From: Utricularia gibba
Lineage: Eukaryota > Plantae > Magnoliophyta
Length of the DNA stretch: 64,000 nt
Assembly (NCBI GenBank): GCA_002189035.1
Contig: NEEC01000004.1
Coordinates: forward strand, 682,001 to 746,000
Direction of reading: 5' to 3'
The position numbers were made by a program, and so were the translations under genes. Position 1 is the first letter of the stretch, and each line of letters begins with the position of its first letter. Shown here one piece after another: positions 1-13,024 of this stretch. The notes below the pieces were generated by a model. The model had not been told where the DNA came from. It saw nothing but the letters and a program-made list of their open reading frames with translations, and ran no database searches.

Positions 1-454
1 TTGAACCATGCCGCCGACGCTAAGTAACCGATAAAAATAACTATCATTAATCTTAATGTTTGAAATAAGACCAGGATGGTTAATTTTCAAAAATGTAGTC
101 GAGTTGATGCCCAGGAAACCCTAAGTTTGATTTTTGGGGATATTTTTAATTTTAATATAAAGTATATTCTTTTTTATATTGTAAATAAAAGTGTGTGTAA
201 GTAACGAGGGATGAAATATTCTGCTGTCTGATCTTGACTATGATGTTGATAATGGTTGACTTTGTGCCCCCCCGTAATTAGTAACTTTAGGTCCTAGGAA
301 TTAAGTATATAGTAAAGTGACTTGACTTTTGGCTATTTATGGCTCTAATTCTGCACATATATATCTATTTTTGGACCAGTTTCTTCAGCTAAACTGTGTT
401 GCTCCACTTCCTTTTCAAAAAGCGAAAGTTGTGAACGGACGGTGCTGGGTGGTT

Positions 455-1080
455 ATGGGTTTCCCACGGCGGCTGCCGGTTGCTAGCGTGGTGCTTCTCC
501 TGTTTCTGGCTGCGTCACTGGCATCCTCCGCCGCGATTCCGATGGCACGTAAGGCGCATATAGTCGTAAAACATCCATTCATTAATATTGTTTTTGTGTG
601 ATGTACGAGGAGCATGGCGCTGTTTATGTTACGGTAATAAATATCTCAAATCTTTGCCCTACTCTGAATTCATGAGCCGTGAAGCAGGGCAGCTATTCAT
701 TGCACCAGAGGGTCGTCTTTCCGCCGGGGTCTCCCCTCATGAGGTGAATATCGTTTTCCAACAGATAGTATGCATATTCAACTACTTATTGGGTTAACTG
801 AATTTCAAGGCTTCATGTCAAATCCCTTATCGATCCGTAGGAAAGAAAATATAAAAAGAAAAAGCAAAGAAGAAGAAGCTCACTATGCTTCCTTAGGTCA
901 ATCGTTCAGGCTCCATTTAGTTCTCTATGCATCATCTGCTTGTAGTATCTGCATCCCACTCATGTTGTGTTGTGACCTGAGAAGGGATCGGAGGTGGGCG
1001 GGAGTCGAAGAATGATGATCAAGCTTACCGATTACGATAGGACTTCGGCGAACAGGGATCATGTTCCATTCCCGGGATAG
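455..1080 (+). CDS. PSY-family (tyrosine-sulfated peptide) precursor, spliced; middle exon uncertain
   Basis: ATG at 455 begins a signal peptide MGFPRRLPVASVVLLLFLAASLASSAAIPMAR, with a GTAAG donor at 549. The last exon reads ...GSRRMMIKLTDYDRTSANRDHVPFPG* (DY at 1030-1035, TAG 1078-1080), matching the PSY pattern DY-x3-(S/G)AN-x2-H-x-P. I could not fix the phase of the internal exon (about 810-900). Confidence 0.75.
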
Positions 1081-1891
1081 TGCTGCTGGATGCTGGTAGC
1101 AGCACTGTGGGCTCTCAACTGAACCACCATTTCCCGCTTACCTGGTAGTACTAGTTCCTCTCCAGTCTCCAGCATGCTTGTATTTAATACATAAATAGAT
1201 AAAAGAGAAAGAGAAAAAGGAAAATAAAACCCTGCCGCCCGCCGATGGAATGGGGGTAATGTAATGTGCTTACAAATTACCAGAACAGGACAGCAGCGTT
1301 CTGTTTTCTACTCTAAATCTGCCTACTCAAAATCAAACATCCCCAGTGTCTCGAGTTGCAGATTTTTCCTAATTAATAGGATATATAATACCACATTATC
1401 AAATATATAAAAAAATTAGAAATCACTAATCATTATTGAATTTAATCTTTTTTATTATGATCTATGATTTTTGTATATTTGTACTTCATGTGTGTATTTA
1501 TTTAATTCATTGGATTCAGAATTTCAACATAGTATTAAAACATTTGTCTTGTGACTTGTATGACAATATGGATTTCGTACTGGTATGAGTTTCAATAAAA
1601 AAAAAGAAAAAATGAACAAGAATATACATTGAACTTAAGCAAAAAAATTAGATCGACTAATGACTTAAGTATTATCTATAATTACAAAAAAACAAGTTTT
1701 AACCGGATCAAAGTTAATTCGACTCTATGACAAGTGTTCAAATATACAATCTTACATCAAAAAATAAAATTTAAATAATAAAATATATAATAAATTATAA
1801 ATTAATATTAATCTATTTAACTTAATATTTTCTATATCACATACCATCCTGAATTTCAACACTGTTACCTCCGCCACCCAACCGAGCGGAG

Positions 1892-2123
1892 GATAACTGT
1901 CGGCATGCTACCTATCCAGCATCCCTTCCAGAAAGGTGAACTGAAGTACTAAACTATCACTGTTACCCAAGTGATGAAGATGAACCCTCGCCACCACGTC
2001 GCATCCCCTGGCAACTCACCGGAAGCGGAGAGGTACACGTGCGTCCAGCTCCTTCGGCCCATCGACACCTTCCTCCTCGGCCACGCCTATTCATATCTTA
2101 AGGCGAATCTTAGGATTGCATAA
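1892..2123 (+). pseudogene. DUF4228/PADRE-domain gene remnant
   Basis: Reads DNCR..(frameshift)..IQHPFQKGELKY*TITVTQVMKMNPRHHVASPGNSPEAERYTCVQLLRPIDTFLLGHAY. This matches the family pattern MGNCQA...IQHP.GK.E.LYW.V.A.EVMK.NPGHYVA...R.TRVKLLRP.DTL.LG..Y. There is an in-frame TAA at 1950-1952 at the conserved Trp, and no start codon. Confidence 0.75.
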
Positions 2124-3142
2124 TATCCCCACTCTCATTTCGTTTCAAACCTCTAACGTAAAAAATAAAAAAGACAAAATATGTGCAACCAAATCACCTG
2201 AATTTGTGCTGCATTGGTTGCATGGGATCTTGGGATGTTCGACATTCAAATACATAGTCCCAAATCGAAATCCCACGTCAGCCACGTGCCCGTAAGTGTG
2301 AAGAAGTATTTGGAAACTGCAAAACACGTGTGATAGTATGGCAGAATCGCAAACCCTACATTTCAAAATAGCATTCATTGTGAAGGACTGTATATGGTGT
2401 CCAAGCCTCTACCCTCATAGGGGTAGGTAGTTAGATTGAGATATGAAGGATGCTTTTAAGCCATGAGAGTAACTAGGGATACGTGGATGCCATTAATGAT
2501 GTAGTTGACCCCTCATCCCATCAAAATCATACCTAATGTTATTGATAAAATTAAAATACTTAAAATTTATAATTTTTTAAAAGTGTATTACTTAAAGGTG
2601 GTATGAATTAATTCTAATTTTAAATCCAACAAAATTTCGTATTAGTAATTTAAAATTTGACAAGTCGAATAATACTTATGTTAAAGTTACATCACGTTTG
2701 CATGTCATGATATTTGGAATTGGTAACAATGTTAGTTGTAAAAGGTCAAAGATACATTGTTAGAATGGTATTAATGTCAAATTGGTTAGTTTTTATAACA
2801 TAAAAGTTTAAATAATTGATTTAAATGTAGGTAACATGATTCCTAAGAGGTAGAATTTGGACTCGAATAATTTATAATCGATTTTTGTAATTTTTTGTTA
2901 CCTGAAATACTTTTTATCCATTGACTTTAATCCGCATGAAGTTATTTGACTTTTGATAGTCTATTATTGTGATTAAACAAGAGCAATTACTTAAGCATTG
3001 CATATTTTAAATATTTATTTGGATTTATTAATGTGTATTAACATATAACATTTTTTCTTAACAAGATTTATAATAAGAGTATTTTGCTAAGGATCATCTA
3101 AAATAGAGTAAAGCCCTAAACATGAGAAGGATCATTTTTTAA

Positions 3143-3184
3143 GGCCCAATACATCTTTTACTGGGCCTGTAATTCTGAGGCCCA
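3143..3184. promoter_or_regulatory. Site II (TGGGCC/GGCCCA) triplet upstream of the ELMO gene
   Basis: GGCCCA 3143-3148, TGGGCC 3162-3167, GGCCCA 3179-3184, about 270-310 bp upstream of the ATG at 3456. Confidence 0.5.
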
Positions 3185-3455
3185 TTTCATTTAATAAAGT
3201 ACTAAGAATTCGAAATCTTGTAGACGAAGGCATAGGAATTTGTGAAATTCTTTTGTCAAACTCTTGGGCAGTTTCGCAAATTTCGAAATCTCGACGGGAC
3301 AGAGCAGCTGCAGATCCAGGTGGATTGACTTTCGTTGAAGGTTCATGGCGATCTTGTTTTTTGTGTTTTGTGTTTTGTGTTCTGATGGGCTCATGCAAAG
3401 TCGTTGATCGAGAGCTGCAGATTTTGAGCAGGTGGATATTGGAATAGCGATCTTC

Positions 3456-5259
3456 ATGAGCACGGGAAAGTTGAGGCGGCGGCTCCACCACAGGGATGTT
3501 GATGGCGGAAAATATGATCGCTACGAGTCTTCGAGGTTTGATTCTCTGAGTGAACCGTTGCTCCGAACCGGAGACTATGACTACCAGGATCACTCCGAGG
3601 TACTACTTGGTGGTCGATAGATGGTGAAAATTGTGCAGGATATATGGTTTCCTTGAAACTGAAGCGTCTGTGGTAATTTTCAGGGACAAGCTCTACAAGA
3701 TATTTTGGATGATGAACGGAAGAAAGAGCGCATACATTGGAGTTTTCTTTTCTCTAACATAATTGCCCAGTGGGCACAGTGGTTAGGTATCATTTCCAGG
3801 GTGGGGTGATGAATGTCTTTAACATTGCATACAATTGAGAAAGTGGTTGGTTTTCGTACTAGTCCTTGTAACAAGGCTGTTTGCTCATTTAAATTGTCCA
3901 TTTCAGCAAATATTATCATTGGATCTAGCTCAGTATTGGGACGAATTATTCCGTTTGCTCAAGGCTCCCAAAGCACAGTAAACAGACTTCCTCCGGCTGT
4001 GCTGAGTCCCTTACAGGTATCATCCAGAGTCACCTCCAAAGTGTTGTTTCTTCTATGTGCATATTATCACATCATATGTACCGTTCCCCTCTTTGTTACG
4101 TATTTCTCGCTCCATAGAATTATTGTATGTACCATAGCTCCAAAAACTGTTTTTGATCGTGTTATTTGAAAATAGGAAGCGAGGTTGAAATATTTGAACC
4201 AGAGGTTGTCAATTCCTTTTGATGGAGGTTTGTTAGAGCATCAGGTATATGTCAACCATATGCTATTTCCAGAAAATGTCTCATAATGGTTGCTAATTTC
4301 TTGTCCAATGTTTTTCTGATGATTGAAATATGATGGCCAGGATGCGCTCAGAACTCTTTGGAAGTTATCTTATCCTGACAGACCACTTCCATCTCTTAAA
4401 TCGGAGCTTTGGAAGGACATGGGTTGGCAAGGATCAGATCCTTCAACGGATTTCAGGTGTACATTAATGCAGAATAAACTTATTAAGATATGCCCTGCAA
4501 ATTATGCTCACAATGAACCTTCATGGGTTTTCTTGTTCAGGGGTGGAGGATACATATCACTGGAGAATCTAATCTTTTTTGCAAGTACTTTTCCGGTTTG
4601 TATATTTTCTTTCAGGGATTTCTTACTCACATTGTGCATCACCTTCTCATTTCTTATGGTTAAAAAACTAGTGTCTCAATAAGTAGTTGCTGCTCTTGTT
4701 GCAGGAAGCATTTCAAGACTTGTTGCACAAGAGAGTTGGAGAAAGGTCCGAATGGGAGTATCCTTTTGCCGTGGCTGGAATCAACATCTCGTTTATGCTC
4801 ATCCAGATGTTAGATCTTCATTCAAGTGAATACCATACCCTGACGTACATTTAGCATTTGATTGGCGACTCAAACTTCATAATTTACAAATGCATCTTGA
4901 TACATGTCATAACTTTCAGAGAATCCCGCCACTCTTGCCGGACAACGCTTCCTAGAGTTGCTCAGTGAAGATGAGATGGCATTCGACAACCTTTTCTGTG
5001 TTGCCTTCAAACTGTTGGATGCACAATGGCTTGCCAGACGTGCTTCATACATGGAATTCAATGTAGGCATCATTCTCATGCCGTCAATCATCACTCTACA
5101 TGTTTTATGGCTTCGCTATCAATGGATTTATGCATCCGAATTTGCATTCAGGATGTCCTTAAGTCTACTCGGACTCAACTAGAACGTGAGCTGGCTTTGG
5201 AGGACATCTCAGTGGTAAGAGACCTCCCTGCATTCAATTTTCTGAGACAATACTCTTGA
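3456..5259 (+). CDS. ELMO/CED-12 domain-containing protein (9 exons)
   Basis: Exons join in frame: MSTGKLRRRLHH..., LWKLSYP...WKDMGWQGSDPSTDFRGGGYISLENLIFFA, WEYPFAVAGINISFML, AFDNLFCVAFKLLDAQWLARRASYMEFN. All introns are GT-AG; stop 5257-5259. Confidence 0.93.
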
Positions 5260-5673
5260 TGATGACCCTTCCATCCCTTGCTGCCGGTGTCTTCTTCTTC
5301 ACATCCTGTGATTACATATTTTCCAATACATCCCTTACATCTAACTGCATTGCTGCCTTGTCATGTATCTAGTTTATACAAACTTAATCATGTTCTTACT
5401 ATTGATGATATGCAATGCCATTCAGACACGCATTCAATTTTTTTTATTTAGTTACAAACTACTAAATCTGAAGAACTCTCACATATCCCAGAGATGGGAA
5501 AGCTGATCTTTCAAAACTGGAAACATACAAATGGGGAGTTGCAGAATCCAAAGATGGAGAAGAAGAAGAATCCATCAACTTGGACAACATGCATTTAGTT
5601 CCTAAAGCACAGGGCTAAAATGAAAGCAAAGCTCCTTCCTTATTGGCAGGCAGGCAGAGGGGGGAAGCCCACT

Positions 5674-6623
<950 letters not shown>

Positions 6624-7204
6624 TTCTCCTCCTCGCTAGTCCAATCTCCCAACCCCAGATGGAAAGAGAGGCGTCAAGGTGGTTCCGGGCCCTGGATATG
6701 AAATTTCTCACAAGTGCAAGCTATAAGGCTAGCAATACCCCAAATCCCATTTTCCCCGTATAAAAAGCGGAATCTTTGAGCGAAAAACGACACACTCCAA
6801 TCGCCCAGATGACTGACATTAATTGCAATCCATTGTATTTCTTGCTTTCAATTGCCTGGACGAGTCGACGTGGGTGGTGGGCCGTACGCGCCTTCCCCGC
6901 TCCGCCCATCGTTATCTCTGTGGAGAGGAGACTTTTCATCTCAGCCAGAAACACTCTTGTATCTTTCATTCTTGACAACATTTTATTTAACACAGATATA
7001 AACAAAGCTGTGATAGCCCATTTTATACACCCAACACAAAGTTTATAGCTTACGGAAGACCTCTGAAACAAGCAATACACTCACCACATAATACTTCAAA
7101 GAAAACACAATCAAAGGACAAGTCTTGGCAACTAATCGAGACGCGTACGAACTGTAGATAGTATGCTTCAGCTCTGTCCCTGGAGAAAGGAACAGTACGG
7201 AGTT

Positions 7205-8438
7205 CTAGTGTGGGATACTCTCAGCCTGCAGGAGCCCCTCCCTGATCTGTGAAGCGACATCTCTCACGGCTCCAGGGCCATGTGGGATGAACACAGCGGA
7301 TGACTTCGAAGCTGCGCCAATTTCCTTCATTGTGTCGAAGTATTGAGTCACAAGAACCATGTCCATAACATCCTTTGCAGTGGTTCCGGGGACGTTTTCA
7401 GAGAAGGCTATGACACTGTCTCTGAGCCCGTCGACGATGGCTTGACGCTGACGAGCTATACCAAGACCGGACAAGTATTTGGATTCAGCTTCGCCCTCAG
7501 CTTTCTTGATTTGAAGGATTTTCTCAGCCTCTGCTTTCTCATTAGCAGCCACCCTGAGTCGTGCAGCTAGAGAATAGAAGGTTGACAGACCGTTAGCTAG
7601 TAGTGAAATTTTGGTGTAGAGGAAAAGATGAGCATTTCTTTATATTTTAAATCAGATGATCAGGAACTCACCAGCATTTATCTCATTCATAGCTCTCTTC
7701 ACCTGTGCATCTGGCTCAATATCAACAATGAGAGTCTGGACAATCTCGTAACCATAAGCTGACATAGCCTGTAAATGAGAAAACACTCGCATGAGCAGAA
7801 TGAAGCAATGATAGTTGGTACGCCGCTTTCTTTATTAGAGTTGAATGCTACCTTTTCCAATTCATCCTCCACAGCTCTTGCTATGTCGTTCTTCTGTTCA
7901 AATGCCGTATCCAGCTCTAACCTAGGGACACTTGCCCTTATGACTGCACGGAATAAGAGATACAATTAAACGCCTTACAACCAAGCAAAGAATATTTTAA
8001 CCCAAATCCTCAAGCAATACCATCAAATACATAAGCTTGAATCTGTTCCTTCGTGTTTGTTAGCTTATAGAACGCATCAGATGCCTTCTCCGTCAAGGGT
8101 CTGTACTGGATTGAAGCAACCACGGTAACAAAAACATTATCCTGTTTTTGAAAGCCAGGGTAGGAAACCAAGAATTGCAATCAGAAATACGCGAAAGTGG
8201 AAAAGGAAATGAAGAACGTGGGCACAGCCACCAGGCAAATGACGCAAACCTTCGTTTTTGTTTCGCAACGGACATCAATCTGCTGAACACGCAGGGACAG
8301 AAACCCCGCCACTTGGTAGCCAATACACCAAGGAAGACAATGACAACCCGGTTCAAGTACTTCATCAAACTTCCCAAATTGCTCCCTCATTGCAACAGTT
8401 GACTGAGGCACCTGAATACAGCCCAAAGCTTGACCCAT
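7205..8438 (-). CDS. HIR: Hypersensitive-induced reaction protein (SPFH/Band-7 family), 5 coding exons
   Basis: [43 protein letters not shown]|[76 protein letters not shown] junctions join in frame. Confidence 0.95.
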
Positions 8439-9011
8439 TTTTCCACGTCTGCAGTTTAAGCAAGATACCCACGATCAGCTCAAAATGAAAATCCCAGGCC
8501 TTTAAACAGAATACAAAAACACAGCATCATACTCCGAAAGCAAACCCTCATACAAACATGATTCATTAGACAACGGATCCCCCCACTATCCAGTTAAAAA
8601 CAAAAAACCCAATTAACACACCAAACTGAATAGAAGCACATCGCAATCGCAATCACGCCAAAGAAAACTACCAAAACCCAAAACAACAGAAGATCACAGC
8701 GACAAGACCCAACAAATTATTCCAGAAAAAAACCCATACACAACACATCAATCACCAGACTGCCCCACGAACACGAATTCACGCCAATTCGTAGTATAGC
8801 ATAAAGGAAATTGCTTAAGAAAATCGACAATTCGTATTTCCAGGGGTGGAGGAGCTTACCACGGCTGTGAGAATGGAACTGACAACAAAACAATGCGCAG
8901 ATACCGTGTACAGTACTTTAATGGAGAGACTAAGCCCTTGGATAAGATCAACGAACTCAAGTCGTCGCTTCATTCCGCTATCCACGATTCTCCCAACGAA
9001 TTAAAAAAATC

Positions 9012-9013
<2 letters not shown>

Positions 9014-9043
<30 letters not shown>

Positions 9044-9045
9044 TA
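9014..9045. repeat. Perfect 32-bp AT palindrome made of (TAA)n/(TTA)n microsatellite arms
   Basis: taataataataataat|attattattattatta, with the dyad centre between 9029 and 9030. Confidence 0.9.
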
Positions 9046-10256
9046 ATGAATATTTCTCCAAAAAATTCACATATTTATAAAAACATGATAAAATCGTTTA
9101 TTTGTAACAGGGTACAACTCGAAATTCAGGAGATTAATAATGGGATTAGCCCAAAATGATAATCATAATTACATTTTAAATTCAGTCAAAGATATACGAG
9201 TCGTCGGTGCTATTAATTATCCACAGGAAAATTAAGCTTATTTTAATTGGTCAATGACCCGGACGCGGACTAACGCTGACACGCCAATCCTCCACGTCCA
9301 ACTTTCGAATTGGTTGCCCAAAATATCTTAAATTTGGTATTTTATTTCTAATTTTTACTTCATTATTAATATGGGAAGATACGACATGCATGAGGTGCAT
9401 TTGCGCGTTCGAGTTGACTGAGATATTTTTGTGTCTTGTACCAAAATATCTTCAAAATTATCTACTTACTGTAGTTAAGCATCACATCTACTTGAAATCT
9501 GAAAAAAAATTGTTATAAAATATTTTAAAATCACATCATTACAGAATTGATTTTAACAAAATTGGAAATATTTATTAATATTTATATTTTATAAATTTGT
9601 AAATTTAAGAATATATTTTATTTTTGAATTATAATTTAAGTTACTATTTTAATTTATATATAGTTTATATTAAAATTATAATTCAAATATTTAAATATTA
9701 TAATAATATTAATTATAATTAGTTATTTAAAAATGGTATAATTATAATTTCAATGTTTCAATAAATTCTTAAAAAATAATTCTCGTGAAGATGTATTCGT
9801 TAATATCACTATTAACTATTATGATATGAATATATTTGATTCATAAGGGAAGAGTTTGTATCAATATCTGTTTGATTCACTTTTCATGTTCTAAAAAATA
9901 TTTACCATCCGAAAAGTAGAAAAAAATGGAGTCTACTATTTTTTCCTTTTTATAAAAAATTTAATTTTTGTAAAATAAAATTTGATATGTATTTAAAAGA
10001 TAAAATCTATTTTATTAGAATAGGGTTATATTAGAATAGAAAAAATAAAAGAGTAAAGTTGAATGGCATTTAAATCAGGGTTTGGATTCCGGTCCGTCAT
10101 TTCTGGGTTGGGGAGGCGAAGGAGCAGGAGCACGCCTTTTGAAAAAAGCTAATCGAATATACTACGCGGGCGGGCGTACGCCTGCCTGCCTGCCTACCAG
10201 CAGTCGCTTCGTCTGCACCAACAATTTGAAAAGCTAACAGCTCTTCCGTTTCATCC

Positions 10257-10907
10257 ATGGCGTCCGCGATTCAAATCTACGCCGTCGACGGCGTTACGGA
10301 CAACACTCGGAGCGTCTACTATGTCGACTTTAACGACGACTCCATTCTCACAACCGTCACCCACGATCACCGCGTCGTCACTCAATGGATAGTGGAGATC
10401 GAGCGGATCCACAGCCGACGTCTCTCCCACCTAATCGTTGGGCTCGACGTCGAATGGCGCCCTAACTTCAGCCGCTACTCGCAGAACCCCGCCGCGACGC
10501 TTCAACTCTGCGTAGGCCGTCGCTGTTTGATCTACCAACTGATCTATACCCAGGGAATACCTAGATCTCTGGCCAATTTCTTGTCCAGGGGGTGCTACAC
10601 GTTCGTGGGAGTGGGAATAGAGTCTGATCTGGAGAAACTTCAGGATGATTACAACATCGGGTACAACGTGAACACTGTGGATCTGAGGGATTTGGCTGCG
10701 GATATGTGTGAGAGGGAGGATCTGAGGAACAGCGGGTTGAAGGCTATTGCGGCTCTTATTCTGGACAAAGTGGTGGATAAGCCGCGGAATGTGACCCTGA
10801 GCAGGTGGGATAACGAGTGCCTGAGTTTCAACCAGATCAAGTACGCTTGCGTCGATGCTTTTGTGAGCTTTGAGATCGGTAGAATCTTGAATGCTTCTTC
10901 TGCTTGA
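10257..10907 (+). CDS. Werner syndrome-like 3'-5' exonuclease (DEDDy), intronless
   Basis: 216-aa ORF with ExoI VGLDVEW, LQLCVGRRCLIYQL, ExoII FVGVGIESDLEKL, LSRWD and ExoIII QIKYACVDA. Confidence 0.93.
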   Translation: MASAIQIYAVDGVTDNTRSVYYVDFNDDSILTTVTHDHRVVTQWIVEIERIHSRRLSHLIVGLDVEWRPNFSRYSQNPAATLQLCVGRRCLIYQLIYTQGIPRSLANFLSRGCYTFVGVGIESDLEKLQDDYNIGYNVNTVDLRDLAADMCEREDLRNSGLKAIAALILDKVVDKPRNVTLSRWDNECLSFNQIKYACVDAFVSFEIGRILNASSA

Positions 10908-11730
10908 TTCTGTGTCTACGCATCTAGTAGTTCCCTTCAGCACCTAGTTACTTTCCTCGGCTGGTTGTGTGCTGAATATGGGGTTTTAGTAGGCAGAACC
11001 ATGCTTATCTTTTTGTGCAGCTGCACCCTGCGATCGTATTCTGCAGCGGTGCTCGCTTGTCCATCCCCTTTCTAGTTGATCTTTTTGCGGTAGTGAAGTT
11101 TCCTCCCGCGTATCTGTATAGTTACAGAAGGGAGTCCCCAGTCCAGTTCTCAGCAATGGAAGCAATGCCCTATGCTCAAGCAACGAATCAGTCCTTTACA
11201 AATGTGTCGAGTAAACCCGGTTCGCCTCCCAAACCGTTCCTTGTGTGTTTTTTGAAAAAACAATTCTGTAAATTCAGCCGGTTGAACTGCAAACCCTACG
11301 AACTTATCGACTACGACGCAAGTGAAGTTGGGAAATGTTGCGTTCGCCCGGCGCTCCGGTCTCCTTCGTACCGGACCGGTCCAACCGCGGAAAAGTCGGT
11401 GAAATAAAATCTCATGTGGGTCCACGCATTAAGAAACGGGGAGGATATTTGTCGGCATTGGGCCTGAATACGAATGGATCTTTATGTGGGCGTGATATGG
11501 GCCACGCTTGAACAGATATATGCGCTTCGGCCCGATTATTACGTTTTTTTGAGGGGGAGAGAGAGGAGAATCTCGAATTCGATTCTGTGTTCTGATTCCT
11601 TTCACGAGGACGTGGAAATGGTGTACGCGCCACCGACTAATCTTTGATTCAGTGAATCAAGTTTTATTCAACTTGGTCTCAACTGCGATTTTTTCTGGTT
11701 CTTTAGCCGCAGGTACGTGTTTCCCAGCTG

Positions 11731-12122
11731 TTTCTGCAATGCAAGCACGTCTCTCTTACGGTAAAATGTCATTTTTTAAGCTTTTGGAACGCAGTTTCGG
11801 GTACTTCTTTCTCACCTTTTTCTGCAATGCAAGGACGTCCGTCTTACCGGAAAAATAGCATCTTTTCAGCTTTTGATGCTGTTGCTTGCCTTTCTGAATC
11901 GGTGCATTTGAGGATTTGTCTGATTGAAGCTGATTTATAATTTTCATGTTTCCTTAACTCTCTCTCTCTCTCTCTCTCTCTCTATTATGGGTTTTCTGGA
12001 TTTGGGTTTCCTTTACATGAGTTATCTCTGAGATTGCATCTCGGAAAAATTCCATCTTTATTTTTACGTGTTTCTGTCCTTCGGCTAATTTCCATCCTTG
12101 CCTTTACGTGTTTCTGTCCTTC
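11731..12122. repeat. Local duplications and a (CT)13 microsatellite in the Raf-kinase leader intron
   Basis: tttctgcaatgcaag.acgtc..tcttac.g..aaat..cat..tt..agctttt at about 11731 and 11819; tttacgtgtttctgtccttc at about 12063 and 12103; (CT)n at 11958-11983. Confidence 0.75.
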
Positions 12123-13024
12123 TGCGCAACTTGGCGGTGTTTCTTATCCAGGTTTGCAGCGTTTATTTATATGCCCAATGCGAACCTGGAAGTAGGTGAC
12201 AACACGCGAAGAGAATCATTGGGATCTCCCCTTGTGGCATGATAAATTTGAATGCTTGAGTTTTCAAGCGTTTCTTGGAAGTGTAATGCTGATTGGCCAT
12301 GATCAATATACCAATCTTTAAACGCCACTTCCTGGATAACGAGTAATGGTCTTCAGTAATTTCATGATTTCTCACTCAAGCATTGGTTTCTGGAATTTTT
12401 GTAGGTGTTGAGCTTCTCGGTAATGTTCCAAACCTAATGTTCGCTGCTGCTTGTTTATGTTTTTGTATTGCTTCATTTTGTATATTATCGTGGCCTTTAT
12501 CTCTTAAGGAGTTCATCCACTGAAACTTCGTAGTTACAAACTCTTGTTTTTTTAGTTTTGATGAACTTTTTTTTTACTTTATATTTCTGTAATTTTCTCG
12601 GATATTTCATGTTCTGTTTCTCCATACATCAAAGAGACATCTTCGAGTGCATCATAGTCTGCGAATATGTTGTATTGCCGAGAATCTAGAACTTTAAGTC
12701 CTGCCTTTTCACCTGTGAAACGTGCCTTTTGTTTTCCTCCATTGGTGGAGGCCATGCTGCAAGTAGGTGTAGTTATACGTATGATAAATGACAATTTCTT
12801 ATTTGTTTCTTACCGTTTTTGCTTTTTAATATTCATTTGGAGATTATCATATTTGATCTTGGGAAATATGACCAAGGAGTGCTTTTGCAGGGGGATCTGG
12901 AAACTCAGATTTCTGGCCAATCAATCTACAGTTTAGGAAGCACCCAATGTCTGATTGAGGCATAAACTTTTGTGCAAGTAGCGCATAAATCTTTCATCTC
13001 AGGAATTGGCTACCAAGCTTGTTC

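Noticed and set aside
2036-2330. G-box (CACGTG x3) regulatory cluster
   Set aside because: One copy lies inside the PADRE remnant coding sequence, and the others are about 1.1 kb from the nearest ATG with no further support.
1380-3110. MITE/Helitron remnants in AT-rich stretches (also 9420-10070, 48900-49530, 57400-57660)
   Set aside because: No convincing terminal inverted repeats, target-site duplications or Helitron 3' hairpin-CTRR could be identified.
11015-11407. 130-aa ORF downstream of the exonuclease
   Set aside because: No ATG start, no recognisable domain, and it sits where the exonuclease 3'UTR and Raf promoter are expected.
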